NCBI RefSeq assembly: GCF_964355755.1
Contig: NC_092670.1
Coordinates: 21,438,795 to 21,502,794, forward strand
DNA length: 64,000 bases
Direction of reading: 5' to 3'
Source: Antedon mediterranea
Taxonomy: Eukaryota; Animalia; Echinodermata
Both the position numbers and the translations under genes were made by a program. The stretch's first letter is position 1, and each line of letters starts with the position of its first letter. Below, piece by piece: positions 39,777 through 52,719 of the stretch. The notes beneath the pieces were generated by a model. The model searched no databases. It was given only the letters and a program-made list of their open reading frames with translations, and had not been told where the DNA came from.

Positions 39777-42700
39777 TCAAGTTTCAGACTTGATTCCTCT
39801 ATAGTGACTCCAAGGATGTGTTTGCTTCTGATATCCTATCCTATCCAACCAGAGTGTGTAAAACCCACGGAATCCATTCAGCTTACGGTTCATCTAAAAT
39901 TAGAAATGAATCATGTTAATATAGGAACATTTAATACATAGAATACTACTGTAGCTTGGACAAAACGAGGCAGCATCCAGTTAAAAAAAGGCAAGATTAA
40001 AAGCTTCTCGCTGTTTCACCAGCATTACTGTACATAGAATCGGGTTTCCTACTTTGTTTGGTTTAGCTGCAAATCCTGCTACATTCTCCAATTGCGTGAT
40101 GGTGCGTTGGTTAGGACATACATTGTTTCTTTCCATATCTATCAGTATCTTTACCACGTAGTCGTAGTTCCTCTGTGTATGTGCTGCCGATATCAAAGCA
40201 TTGTACAATGGCTGTGTTAGTTCATCTCCAGAAGCCTACAAAAGAAATCGTACTACAGTATATGCCAAAAAAATACCCTTTACATCGCACCTTTAGATTG
40301 CTTTATAAACATGGGCAGGCATGGTTCTGTAATTTCAGGTTAGAACCATACAGCATAGGTTACTTACATTTTGTCGCACAAATAACAAATTTCCAATCTT
40401 TGTTTTTGTATAAATTATGAACACTTCAGCTATTAGATCCACTTTAATGAAATTTTTTTTTTTACCTTGACATCTGAAAGTAATTGAAGACCGTCTTCTT
40501 CTTGCCTACAGCCTGATGCCAATGCAACATAAGTCCTTGTTGTAGGGTACAACCCTTTATTCTTTATATCAACAAGAAGAGCCTTGGCTCCTTCAAGATC
40601 CTTCCGTTTTGTTCTCTTCCTAATTAGCATATTGTAGAAATCTATGTCAACTTTAACCTCCAGATCATCAATCATTTTCAACAATTTGGTTTCAGCTTTT
40701 AGACTTCTTGGTATGACCTCAGTCAGAAGTGTCAATGTCTTGCAATCTGGTTTGACATCATTTGATGTCATGCTATCTACAAGACCTTCTGTGCCACCTA
40801 GCAAAGACAGCCGATCAGCAGGTCTTTCCATGGCAGTTAAAGACATAACTCCATCAAGATTTGGACTCAAAGACAACATATTTGGAATACTTTTACTGGT
40901 TCTTTTACCACTTATTGGAACTATGTCATTTAAGGAACTATTATCAATTTCCGTCGCAGATTCAGATAAATTTGAAAGAAATTTATCTTCTTTTTGTACA
41001 GGTCTAGTGTTCATCATTTGAATGTCAGAACCTTTTCCAGAGTTGCTTTCATTCTTAGAGATATTAATCAAAAATAAATCTGGGTATTTGGAAGAATTGA
41101 CAGTTCTCTGATCAGCAATCTCCAAAACATCCATTTCTAACCTCTGTTGCTGTCCTTTCAGAAGCGTCTGACTTCTTTTTTGTTTAACCTGTGATGCATC
41201 TAACATCTTATGCTGCAGAGTAGTGCTGCTTAGAAGAACCTTATTGGCAGTCTCCAGATCACCTATTCCACAATCTCGCACAATTCTAAGTAACAAGTTG
41301 TAGGTGATGATGTTTGGTTTGATTCCCTTTAGTAACATGTGTCGCCAACCCTTTAAAATAATTGGAAAATAAGAGTTTGAAATTAATCTATTGTTGAAAC
41401 ATGGTTTTTGTTAACCTATGTGTGTGTATGTACATATTAAATAAAGAAATTAGGTGATGTTACAACTTGGCAGGAATAGAGGACATTGTATAAATTATAT
41501 TGTTCAATTTGTTTTAATCTTTAGTTCATTCTAATCTTGTAATTGAGGCAAGTTGTCATCGGCCTAGATTAGATATCTTGACTGCAAAATTGATTTGATA
41601 TGTTATATAGATGAAGCTCAATAATATACTGTCTGACACCTTGGGATGGCCTAACATATCTGATTTTATGGAAAGTCTGGTATACCGTAAAAGGATTTGG
41701 GAAGTTTTAGACTTTGAAAAGTCTTGTTTTGGGAACGTTTATTTGAAAAATAATTTGTATAATTGAACCTCAATAGCAAACAGAAAACCAGCTTCCTTGT
41801 TGGATGCACAAGCAAAGAAAAGAAACACAAAGCTGTCCACGCTGACTTTAACACCAGACTGAAGTAGATGATGAAAGAGTTGAAAAGATGTTTGAACATC
41901 ACCACATTTAGCATAAGCTTTCATCATAGCGTGATGGGTCACCAAGTTGATCTTCACTTCTTTCTCTCGTAACTGTCCATGTAGTTTCTTTAAGCGCATA
42001 AGACCATCTGTTTCCGGCCAAGGGGACTCTGCACATGCATTGAATAAGGCTGTGTATGTTGCTCCAGTCGGCTGCAGACCACGTTTTTTCATCTGGAGGA
42101 AAAACAAATGTCTATGTACAGTATTTCAATATATTTATGATTTATACATTTGATAATCAGATGACCACTTCATGAAGAAGGGACACAATAATCAGACTGA
42201 TCACAAGATATAATCCAGGCCTTGTCTTTTGAAAATTATAGGTGTGCTACAAGTTGCACTCCTCAATACATTCAGGGGTGCTGTAGGTGTGCTGTTTGTA
42301 GTATGTTGGTGTGTAAAAGTTTACCAAATTTAAGCGTGTTGTAAATCGCACTCCTCAAGGGCAATTTAGGAGCGTGTTAGGTGAATGATCGCACTTGCTC
42401 GCCTTAAAAGACAAGGCCTGATAAACACAGCTTACAGGACCATAAAGAAAAACCCACTTATGACAAGTACAAAATGGCCATCTTTTCAAGACCGACATGA
42501 TCGTCATTAACTTAAGATGTCGCCCTCAACTTACATCATTGTATAAGTGGAATGCTTTCTTAGTGTAGCCAGCTCGTCCACAACCGCCAATGAGTACATC
42601 ATAGTTATATGCTGTTGGTACAACATTATCCTCTTTTAACATCCGTATTTCAAGAACTGCTAAAGCTTCTTTAAGCTGTGAAGAATACAAATTTACTGAG

Positions 42701-43648
42701 TTACTTTGGCTAGTCTTGGAATAAATGTTTGGATTTCTTTGCTGTCTAATAGGCAGTTAATTAAGTTGATATCGTAAGAACCCCAGTGGCAGTATTCATA
42801 CTTGACATTAAGCTACTTACAAATGTCCAAAAACATCCTAACATTGATAATGTTGTGTATGGTTTAAAGAACCTATTTCATATAAAAAAACTTTTCTTGC
42901 AATTAGTTTGATTTAAAAGTCTATTTTCCATGGACCATAGAGATATTATAGTGATCTCTATGCATGGACTAACCTAAGGGAAAATACTTATACTTAGGCA
43001 GCTGCAGGCTACCGTAGTATTTTGGGGAAATATTTTACTAAGTGTGAGTGAATACAGTCACTGGTTCCTATATTTAGAAGTATATACATTATTCAAACCT
43101 TTCCTTTCTTCAGAAGTTTTTTCATCTGATTACTGTACCAAATTGGGCTGTTTTTACGCCCACTATAGAAACGTTCCTTATCACTGTCTTCCGCATTGTT
43201 TTCTTCTGATACTTCATACACTTCTTCGAACGTCTTTAACTGAAAATATAAAGTTGATCAATTTTGTGAATTATACCATATACTTCATAAAATTACTGTA
43301 CTTTTCACTACCCTGGGATTTTAAGGTTACTGTTGTAAGTACCTCATATTCATCTTCAGTTTTTAGGGTTCCAAACCTATCTTCTTCGGGTAGATTCTGC
43401 ACATCCCATTCATCACTGTATCTATGGATCATCACTGCCTCCTTTCTTGCTTCGTCACTGTTGCCTTCAGGACTATCTGCTGTATTGATTGTAAACGTCC
43501 TAGTATACTTTGCAAACAAGGCAGTATATTTGGTGGATTTCAAGTACTGTACCGAATAACTTTGCAATACTGCAAATATTGATGGACGTGATGTTGCAAA
43601 ATATCTTGATGACAGTGAAGTGATTATATTCCGTATTGGAAACGCCAT
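39777..43648 (-). CDS. PTCD1: Pentatricopeptide repeat domain protein 1, mitochondrial, 7 coding exons, 698 aa
   Basis: Exons 43648-43343, 43239-43099, 42675-42535, 42092-41769, 41350-40466, 40235-40053, 39893-39777, all phase 0. Motifs [93 protein letters not shown]-terminal mitochondrial presequence. Confidence 0.94.
42216..42420. mobile_element. hAT-like MITE in PTCD1 intron
   Basis: Perfect 15-bp TIR caggccttgtctttt ... aaaagacaaggcctg; TSD not clean. Confidence 0.7.
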
Positions 43649-44489
43649 TTGTAGTCCAAGTCTCCTCCCGTTTTAAAAAACCTTTTTTTTATAAAAAAAA
43701 ATATACAGTCAGTATTTAGTCTTGGTTATTTCTTGAAATTTTGAAGTATTACTATTTTAATATGTTATTCTTAGTCTGAGAGTATATCAATTGCATTGTA
43801 TTTCTATAGGTACGTAACTAGGCCTAGCTAGGTTTTGCATTGTTGGTGGCGGTGTTTGATTATATATTAATTAAAAGAACAGTAAAAAAGACTTTAAAAA
43901 AAAAAGAGTAAACCATATAAACATAGCCTTAATCCTACGTTTACTTTACGAGTAAGTAGGCCTCTGTCGCGTAAATGTCTTTCCCCATCTTTATACTCAA
44001 AATAGCTCTACTATCTAGGCCTAGAGGCTAGACAAGAGGGTCAGCCCTTAGCTAGGTTACGGTAGGCGCTACTTTGCTCTGGCTGCCTATCCTTCCTAAC
44101 TAGCTATCCTACTAGCTAGGCCTAGGGCCTAGCCTCCTGAGGAGATATGCATCATTCATACTAATGACTTATTATAGGCAATAGAAATAAAATAGGAAGT
44201 TATTAACTGATGTGATAAAGGCATAACTTAATCTGTACATATTAAACATGCAAGATTAGCTGCAGAAGTTCCAGGTATATAAACTATACCAAACTGGCGA
44301 GTAAATCATGTTTTACTTTTTAAACCTCGCAACGTCTGGTTGAAAAGGCTACTCGGACCAATAATTTCTATTAGCCTAGGGGTTATTGCGATTTGGACGT
44401 TTCTGATTGGCTGTAGCCATGGACTATATTGATTAACACTGTTCTGATTGGTTGTAGCTTTGAATACATCTTCTCGGAACTCGTCCTTA

Positions 44490-46020
44490 ATACAATAGCA
44501 ATTTAGCACAGTGTTTTACTATATAACCAGATAAATAATAGGAAACATTTAATAATTTGATAAATGACATTTAAATAGCAATTTAGGTAAATGTCTTTTG
44601 AAATGAAATTAAATAAATTATAACCAATTTGGTTAGAGTAAAACACAATGATAAAGAATAGGAAACATTTAATAATATGATAAATTACATTTACATAGCA
44701 ATTTAGCACTGTGTTTTACTATAACCAATTTGGTTAGAGTAAAACACAATGATAAAGAATAAGAAACATTTAATAACATGATAAATGACATTTAGCAATT
44801 TAGCACTGTGTTTTACTATAACCAATTTGGTTAGAGTAAAGCACAATGATAAAGAATAGGAAACATTTAATAACATGATAAATGACATTCACATAGCAAT
44901 TTAGCACTGTGTTTTACTATAACCAATCAGATTAGAGTAAAACACAATGATAAAGAATAGGAAACATTTAATAATATGATATATAACATTTACATAGCAA
45001 TTTAGCACTGTGTTTTACTATAACCAATTTGATTAGAGTAAAACACAACGATAAAGAATAGGAAACATTTAATAACATGATAAATTACATTTACATAGCA
45101 ATTTATCACTGTATTTTACTATAACCAATTTGGTTAGAGTAAAACACAATGATAAAGAATAGGAAACATTTAATAATATGATAAATTACATTTACATAGC
45201 AATTTATCACTGTGTTTTACTATAACCAATTTGGTTAGAGTAAAACACAATGATAAAGAATAAGAAACATTTAATAACATGATAAATGACATTTACATAG
45301 CAATTTAGCACTGTGTTTTACTATAACCAATTTGGTTAGAGTAAAGCACAATGATAAAGAATAGGAAACATTTAATAACATGATAAATGACATTCACATA
45401 GCAATTTAGCACTGTGTTTTACTATAACCAATCAGATTAGAGTAAAACACAATGATAAAGAATAGGAAACATTTAATAATATGATATATAACATTTACAT
45501 AGCAATTTAACACTGTGTTTTACTATAACCAATTTGATTAGAGTAAAACTCAACGATAAAGAATAGGAAACATTTAATAACATGATAAATTACATTTACA
45601 TAGCAATTTATCACTGTGTTTTACTATAACCAATTTGGTTAGAGTAAAACACAATGATAAAGAATAGGAAACATTTAATAATATGATAAATTACATTTAC
45701 ATAGCAATTTATCACTGTGTTTTACTATAACCAATTTGGTTAGAGTAAAACACAATGATAAAGAATAGGAATTTAATAATATGATATATAACATTTACAT
45801 AGCAATTTAGCACTGTGTTTTACTATAACCAATTTGGTTAGAGTTAAACACAATGATAAAGAATAGGAAACATTTAAAAATATGATAAATGACATTCACA
45901 TAGCAATTTAGCACTGTGTTTTACTATACCAATTTGATTAGAGTAAAACACAATGATAAAGAATATGAAACATTTAATAATATGATAAATTGCTAGCACT
46001 GTGTTTTACTATACCAATTT
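44490..46020 (+). repeat. 101-bp tandem array, left arm (about 15 copies)
   Basis: Period 101 (starts drift +1 per 100 nt). Each unit contains the hairpin tgtgttttactataaccaa-t-ttggttagagtaaaacaca. Confidence 0.95.
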
Positions 46021-46400
46021 AGTTTTGGATAAAGAATATGAATTTAAAGAATGGATATAATATGATATGATAAAATATGATTTTCTCCCAATTAGTAAGA
46101 CATTTTGGAATACTGCGTGCGTAGTGCACCTAACAAGATCATGTTCGCTATTTAAAACTCACATTTTAAAACCGTAAACGCATAAATTTGCGGACATACT
46201 CGTAAAACACACTTCCAGAGATTTAATAATTTTAACAGTACTACAAAATCCATAATATAAAGTAGTATAGATTTGTACAAAAAGAGCAGAACAATTAAAT
46301 TAACTGTCATTACATCTACTGAACTGTCTCATTACATCTACTGAAAAATTCATCGCGATGAATTTATTTATAATACACCAATCAGATCACACGCAATTAG

Positions 46401-47352
46401 TATGGAATGCCAGTTTAGGCGATGATAAAATCGCGTCGATGATGCAATGAAAATTGCGTCGATGTGATGAAAATTGCGTCGATGAATATAGTATTGATGT
46501 AATGATGTGATGAACATTGCGTCGATGAAAATTGCGTCGATGTAATGAAAATTGCGTTAATGTGATGAAAATTGCGTCGATGAAAATTGCGTCGATGAAA
46601 ACTGCGTCGATGAAAACTGCATCGATGAAAACTGCATCGATGAAAAAAAAAAAATTTTCATCGATGCAGTTTTCATCGATGAAAATTGGGAACTCCCTGC
46701 CGGTATGATTTGAATATGATGTCATGGATGCTGGACATCTGAATTTTATGTACTGAACTGGTGGATTAACGGAAGCAATTAGCTAGAAGATATAATGTGT
46801 CCGAAAGGACAATAATGGATCCATTGCTAAAATGTGTTGACAATAAATCACTAAAATGTTAATCAGTGCATAATTATATTTCAACATTGTTTTAGTGCGC
46901 GCTCACTGTGCGCTTGTCTATAACGTGCGCTAGCGCAAGCGGTAAACATGTTTATCATATCAAAATATTCAGAAACCGTCAATTTTTAGCAACATAATAA
47001 CATTATTAACATCATTATTAACATCATCATTTACTTTACTAGTAGTCATTTTCATCATTGATTGAATTAAAACCATTTGGAATTTTCATAATCAATTAAA
47101 TTCATCACATCAATTTTCATCGATGCAGTTTTCATCGACGCAATTTTCATCGATGCAGTTTTCATCGACGCAATTTTCATCGACGCAATTTTCATCGATG
47201 CAATTTTCATCGACGCAATGTAAATTGCGTCGACGCAATCTACATTGCATCGACGCAATCTACATTGCGTCGATGCAATTTTCATCGACGCAATTTCATC
47301 ATCGACGCAATTTTTATCATCGCCAAAAACTTGTGTAAAACGGCGTTCCATA
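46401..47352. mobile_element. Nested MITE with inverted 15-bp tandem arrays
   Basis: Ends tatggaatgcc ... ggcgttccata. (atgaaaattgcgtcg)n at 46430-46685 and its reverse complement at 47105-47322. Confidence 0.75.
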
Positions 47353-47999
47353 AGTGACGAATCGCATATTCGCCGTTTATTGTTGAGGCGCGTAAACAGT
47401 GTGCGCAATGCACGTTTTCTTCCCATGACGAGACGAATCGATATTCGACTCTTCGTGTGACGAATAATTGCCAAATTATAATTAATATAATTAATTAATG
47501 AAATAAGATACGCAGTTGATGTTTGCATCAATTGTTCTTTAGAATAAATACTTTCGAAATACAAAACAAAAAATGTGTGGTGAGTGACGATATGTTCAAT
47601 CATGGACCTATAAATTACTAATTTATAGGTCCATGATTCAATATCTGTAGCTTCAATTCAAACATAATGTAACAGAAAATTCGAAGCGTAAAAAACGTTC
47701 GTTTACACAACACTTTTTTTTATACTTTATTATTGATTATTATATTATACAGGAATACTATTTATTTCCTCATTTCTACCCAAGAATAAAAAATTTTTGG
47801 ATACAAAACTTTATGCATGTGAATTACATTACCAAAATATTAAAATGAGGATAAAAAAACATCGCGTAAAATACTCGTACTCAAAAGCTTCTGAAATTTG
47901 TAGATATATGTCATGAAAAAGAAATTTGACATTCCCAATAATTTTTTTGGGTAAAAATGTAATATATGAAACATACAATTTACATAGTTTATCATTGTT

Positions 48000-49750
48000 T
48001 TTTATTAGAACCAATATGGTTACACAGTTAAACATAGTGATAAAGAATAGATACTTGTTAGGTTACTACCCTACCCTCTAGTTTGAAGCGACATTATAAA
48101 TTCATCGAGAAAAAAAACGTATCGTATTCAGAAACGTTTGAAATTTTGTATAGATATGTTCAATAAGACAAAACAAATTATAAATTTCAAGACAAATCGA
48201 TGATTTCCATTATTTGCATTTCTAAAAATTCACACTTATGAAAGACCATACATTTTCAACATTTCCTTTTTTCTGTGTACCGAGTTTAGAAACTTTTTGA
48301 ATACCAGACGTATTTTTTTGTGATGCTTTTTCATTTGAATTGTAGTATAAAATGCCATTGAAACGAGATAAAAATCATACAAGACATGTTATAATAGGTT
48401 GCTCTATATACATAACAAAATTAGTTCTTTTTTTTGGTAAGAATCGCCAATGAAGTAGAAAGTTATTTCAGATGTAGTGTGCATTTATACGTCATTAATA
48501 GTAGGCCTAAAATATAATATTAAATATTATAAAGAATATCAAACATTTTATGTTATGAAAAATAAAATTTACATATAAGTTTATCATTGTGTTTTACTAT
48601 AACCATTTTGGTTAAAAGTTAAACACAGTGAGTGATAAAGAATAGAACTGTTTTAGTTTATTTAACCCTAACCCTAGTTTGAAGCGATCACATATTTAAT
48701 ATTCATCGCTAAAAATACGTATCGTCTTGAAAAACGTTTGATATTTGGTAGATATGTTCAATATAGGTTCTTACATCTATAATGCAAAAGAAATATCCTA
48801 ATAGTTTTATTTTGATTTCTGAGAATCATCAATGAAGTAAAAATGTGTTGGAAATGTATTGTCTTTCATAAGTGTAAATGTTTAGAAATGCAAATTATTA
48901 AAATCACGAATTTGTCTTGAAACTTTTATTTTTTGTTTGTTTTATAGAAGTAAGAAGCTATTGAACATATTTACCAAATTTCAAATGTTTCTGAATACGA
49001 TACGTATTTTTTCGCGATGAATTAAGTATGTGATCGCTTCAAACTAGGGTTAGAGTTATATAACCTAAAACAGTGTCTATTCTTTATCACTGTGTTTAAC
49101 TGTGTAACCAAATTGGTTCTGTAAAACAAGATGATAAACTATGTAACTTGTATTTATTATTATTACATTATATGTATCCTATAATGTAATATGAAAAATA
49201 AAATGTACATAGTTTATCATTGTGTTGTACTAAAACCAATTTGGTTAAAAGTTAAACACAGTGTTAAAGAATGGAACTGTTAGGTTATTTAACCCTAACC
49301 CTAGTTTGAAGCGATCACATACTTAATTCATCGATAAAAATACGTATCGTCTTAAAAACGTTTGAAATTTGGTACATGTTCAATATAGGTTCTTACATCT
49401 ATAATGTAAAAGAAATATCATAATTTGTTTTATTTTGATTTCTGGGAATCATCAATGAAGTAAAAATGTATGGTATTTCATAAGTGTACATTTTTAGAAA
49501 TGCAAATTATTAAAATCACGAATTTTTTGTGAAATTTATATTTTTTGTTTGTTTTATAGACGTAAGAACCTATTAAACATATCTAACAAATTTCAAAAGT
49601 TTCTAAATACGATACGTACTTTTTCGCGATGAATTTATTATGTCGCTTCAAACTAGGGTTAGGGTTATATAACTTAAAACAGTATCTATTCTTTATCACT
49701 GTGTTTAACTGTGTCACCAAATTGGTTCTGTAAAAGTAATAAACTATGTA
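48000..49750. repeat. Tandem ~600-bp palindromic modules related to the 101-bp unit
   Basis: Block aaccctaaccctagtttgaagcgatcacat...tacgtatcgt at about 48070, 48665 and 49290, with inverted copies at about 48995-49060 and 49605-49670. Confidence 0.8.
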
Positions 49751-49859
49751 ACTTGTATTTATTATATTATTACATTATTATGTATCCTATTCTTTTCTTA
49801 ACGTTTAGATAATAAGATATGTTTAATATAATATTTTGCTATGTAAATGATATCATATA

Positions 49860-52170
49860 ATAAATGTTTCATTATCATTGTGTTTTACTGTAACCAAATT
49901 GGCTATAGTAAAACACAATACTAAATTTGTATGTAAATGTATCATATTATTATATGTTTCCTATTCTTTATTTGTGTTTTACTGTATCCAGCACAGTGCT
50001 AAATATCATTTATCATAGTTAAAATGTTTTACTCTAACCAAATTGGTTATAGTAAAACACAGTGATAAATTACTATGTAAATGTCATTTATCATATTATT
50101 AAATGTTTCTTATTCTTTATCATTGTGCTTTACTCTAATCAAATTGGTTATAGTAAAACACAGTGCTAAATTTCTATGTGAATGTCATTTATCATGTTAT
50201 TAAATGTTTCCTATTCTTTATCATTGTGTTTTACTCTAACCAAATTGGTTATAGTAAAACACAGTGCTAAATTGCTATGTAATGACATTTATCATATTAT
50301 TAAATGTTTCCTATTCTATATCATTGTGCTTTACCATAACCAAATTGGTTATAGTAAAACATTGTGCTAAATTGCTAGCTATGTAAATAATCATTATTAT
50401 TAAATGTTTCCTATTCTTTGTCATTGTGTTTTACTTTAACCAAATTGGTTATAGTAAAACACAGTGCTAAATTGCTATGTAATGACATTTATCATAATTA
50501 TTATTAAATGTTTCCTATTCTATATCATTGTGCTTTACCATAACCAAATTGGTTAGAGTAAAACATGGTGCTAAATTGCTATGTAAATAATCATTATTAT
50601 TAAATGTTTCCTATTCTATATCATTGTGCTTTACCATAACCAAATTGGTTATAGTAAAACACAGTGATAAATTGCTATGTAACTGTCATTTATCATATTA
50701 TTAAATGTTTCCTATTCTATATCATTGTGCTTTACCATAACCAAATTGGTTATAGTAAAACACAGTGCTAAATTGCTATGTGAATGTCATTTATCAAATT
50801 ATTAAATGTTTCCTATTCTTTATCATTATGTTTTACTTTAACCAAATTGGTTATAGTAAAACACAGTGCTAAATTGCTATGTAAATGTCATTTATCATAT
50901 TATTAAATGTTTCCTATTCTATATCATTGTGCTTTACCATAACCAAATTGGTTATAGTAAAACACAGTGCTAAATTGCTATGTAAATGTCATATATCATA
51001 TTATTAAATTCCTATTCTTTATCATTCTGCTTTACTTTAACCAAATTGGTTATAGTAAAACACAGTGCTAAATTGCTATGTAAATGTCATTTATCATATT
51101 ATTAAGTGTTTCCTATTCTTTATCATTGTGTTTTACTTTAACCAAATTGGTTATAGTAAAACACAGTGCTAAATTGCTATGTAAATGTCATTTATCAAAT
51201 TATTAAATGTTTCCTATTCTATATCATTGTGTTTTACTCTAACCAAATTGGTTATAGTAAAACACAGTGCTAAATTGCTATGTGAATGTCATATATCATA
51301 TTATTAAATGTTTCCTATTCTTTATCATTATGTTTTACTATAACCAAATTGGTTATAGTAAAACACAGTGCTAAATTGCTATGTAAATAATCATTATTAT
51401 TAAATGTTTCCTATTCTTTATCATTGTGTTTTACTCTAACCAAATTGGTTATAGTAAAACACAGTGCTAAATTTCTATGTAAATGTCATATATCATTATT
51501 ATTAAATTCCTATTCTTTATCATTCTGCTTTACTTTAACCAAATTGGTTATAGTAAAACACAGTGCTAAATTGCTATGTAAATGTCATTTATCATATTAT
51601 TAAGTGTTTCCTATTCTTTATCATTGTGTTTTACTTTAACCAAATTGGTTATAGTAAAACACAGTGCTAAATTGCTATGTAAATGTCATTTATCAAATTA
51701 TTAAATGTTTCCTATTCTATATCATTGTGTTTTACTCTAACCAAATTGGTTATAGTAAAACACAGTGCTAAATTGCTATGTGAATGTCATATATCATATT
51801 ATTAAATGTTTCCTATTCTTTATCATTGTGTTTTACTCTAACCAAATTGGTTATAGTAAAACACAGTGCTAAATTGCTATGTGAATGTCATATATCATAT
51901 TATTAAATGTTTCCTATTCTTTATCATTGTGTTTTACTCTAACCAAATTGTTTATAGTAAAACACAGTGCTAAATTGCTATGTAAATGTCATTTATCATA
52001 TTATTAAATGTTGCCTCTTCTATATCATTGTGTTTTACTCTAACCAAATTGGTTATAGTAAAACACGGTGATAAATTGCTATGTAATGACATTTATCATA
52101 TTATTAAATGTTTCCTATTCTTTATCATTGTGTTTTACTCTAACCAAATTGGTTATTGTAAAACACAGTA
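49860..52170 (-). repeat. 101-bp tandem array, right arm (about 22 copies), reverse complement of the left arm
   Basis: Unit tgtgttttactctaaccaaattggttatagtaaaacacagtgctaaattgctatgtaaatgtcatttatcatattattaaatgtttcctattctttatcat. The same pseudo-ORF (MSFIMLLNVSYSLSLCFTL) appears on opposite strands at 44703 and 50182. Confidence 0.95.
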
Positions 52171-52719
52171 TATTTTACCTCAACAAAATCGCCGCAAAAT
52201 TGTTTATACGTTTATTTTGATTGGCTAACTAAAGTACGGTCTAATGAATATTGATATCAGAAGATTCCCTAGCTTAGTGAAAAAGTTTTATTACCAAAAA
52301 TATGCTGATTACGTCACTACCGGAAGTTGTAGTCTAGCATGATGCAGACGCAATTGATTATGTACGTTTGTTAAACATATAAAAAGCTGTAAATTACCAC
52401 AAAACGACAATAGGAAAGAATTCAAAGAAATGCCCTACGTGTTCAAAATCATTGTTTTAATATAGTCTGTATGTATAACTAACAATTGACCTTGTGGAAG
52501 AGCGTATAAATTTAATTTAAAGTAAAACATGATTTACTCGCCAATTTGGTATTGGATATATAGCTCGAAGTTCCCTACACGAGATATATTTTTGTAAACA
52601 AAAAAAACATGAGGAACATCGTTTTCGCACCACCATAGAGGGCGAAGTATTTTTTTTTTTAAATCCTGTGTGGACAGTATATTTACAATATAAGTTTAAA
52701 TGTATGCGCAGAATTCCCT

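Larger units (their letters stand above)
44272..52566. mobile_element. Foldback-type DNA element, 8.3 kb, non-coding
   Basis: ~50-bp imperfect TIRs (caggtatataaactataccaaactggcgagtaaatcatgttttacttt versus aaagtaaaacatgatttactcgccaatttggtattggatatatagctc). GAAGTTC is directly repeated at 44265-44271 and 52567-52573. Inverted 101-bp arrays lie inside. Confidence 0.8.

Noticed and set aside
40644-43559. Plus-strand ORFs 40644-41021, 41947-42153 and 43044-43559
   Set aside because: Antisense shadows of PTCD1 exons with no recognisable domain.
46387-47603. ORFs with pentapeptide repeats (IDAVF, SMKIA, MQFSS)
   Set aside because: Translations of a 15-bp DNA repeat that is open in several frames on both strands.
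44503-52228. Short ORFs in the 101-bp arrays
   Set aside because: Satellite-derived. The same peptide appears on both strands because the arrays are inverted.
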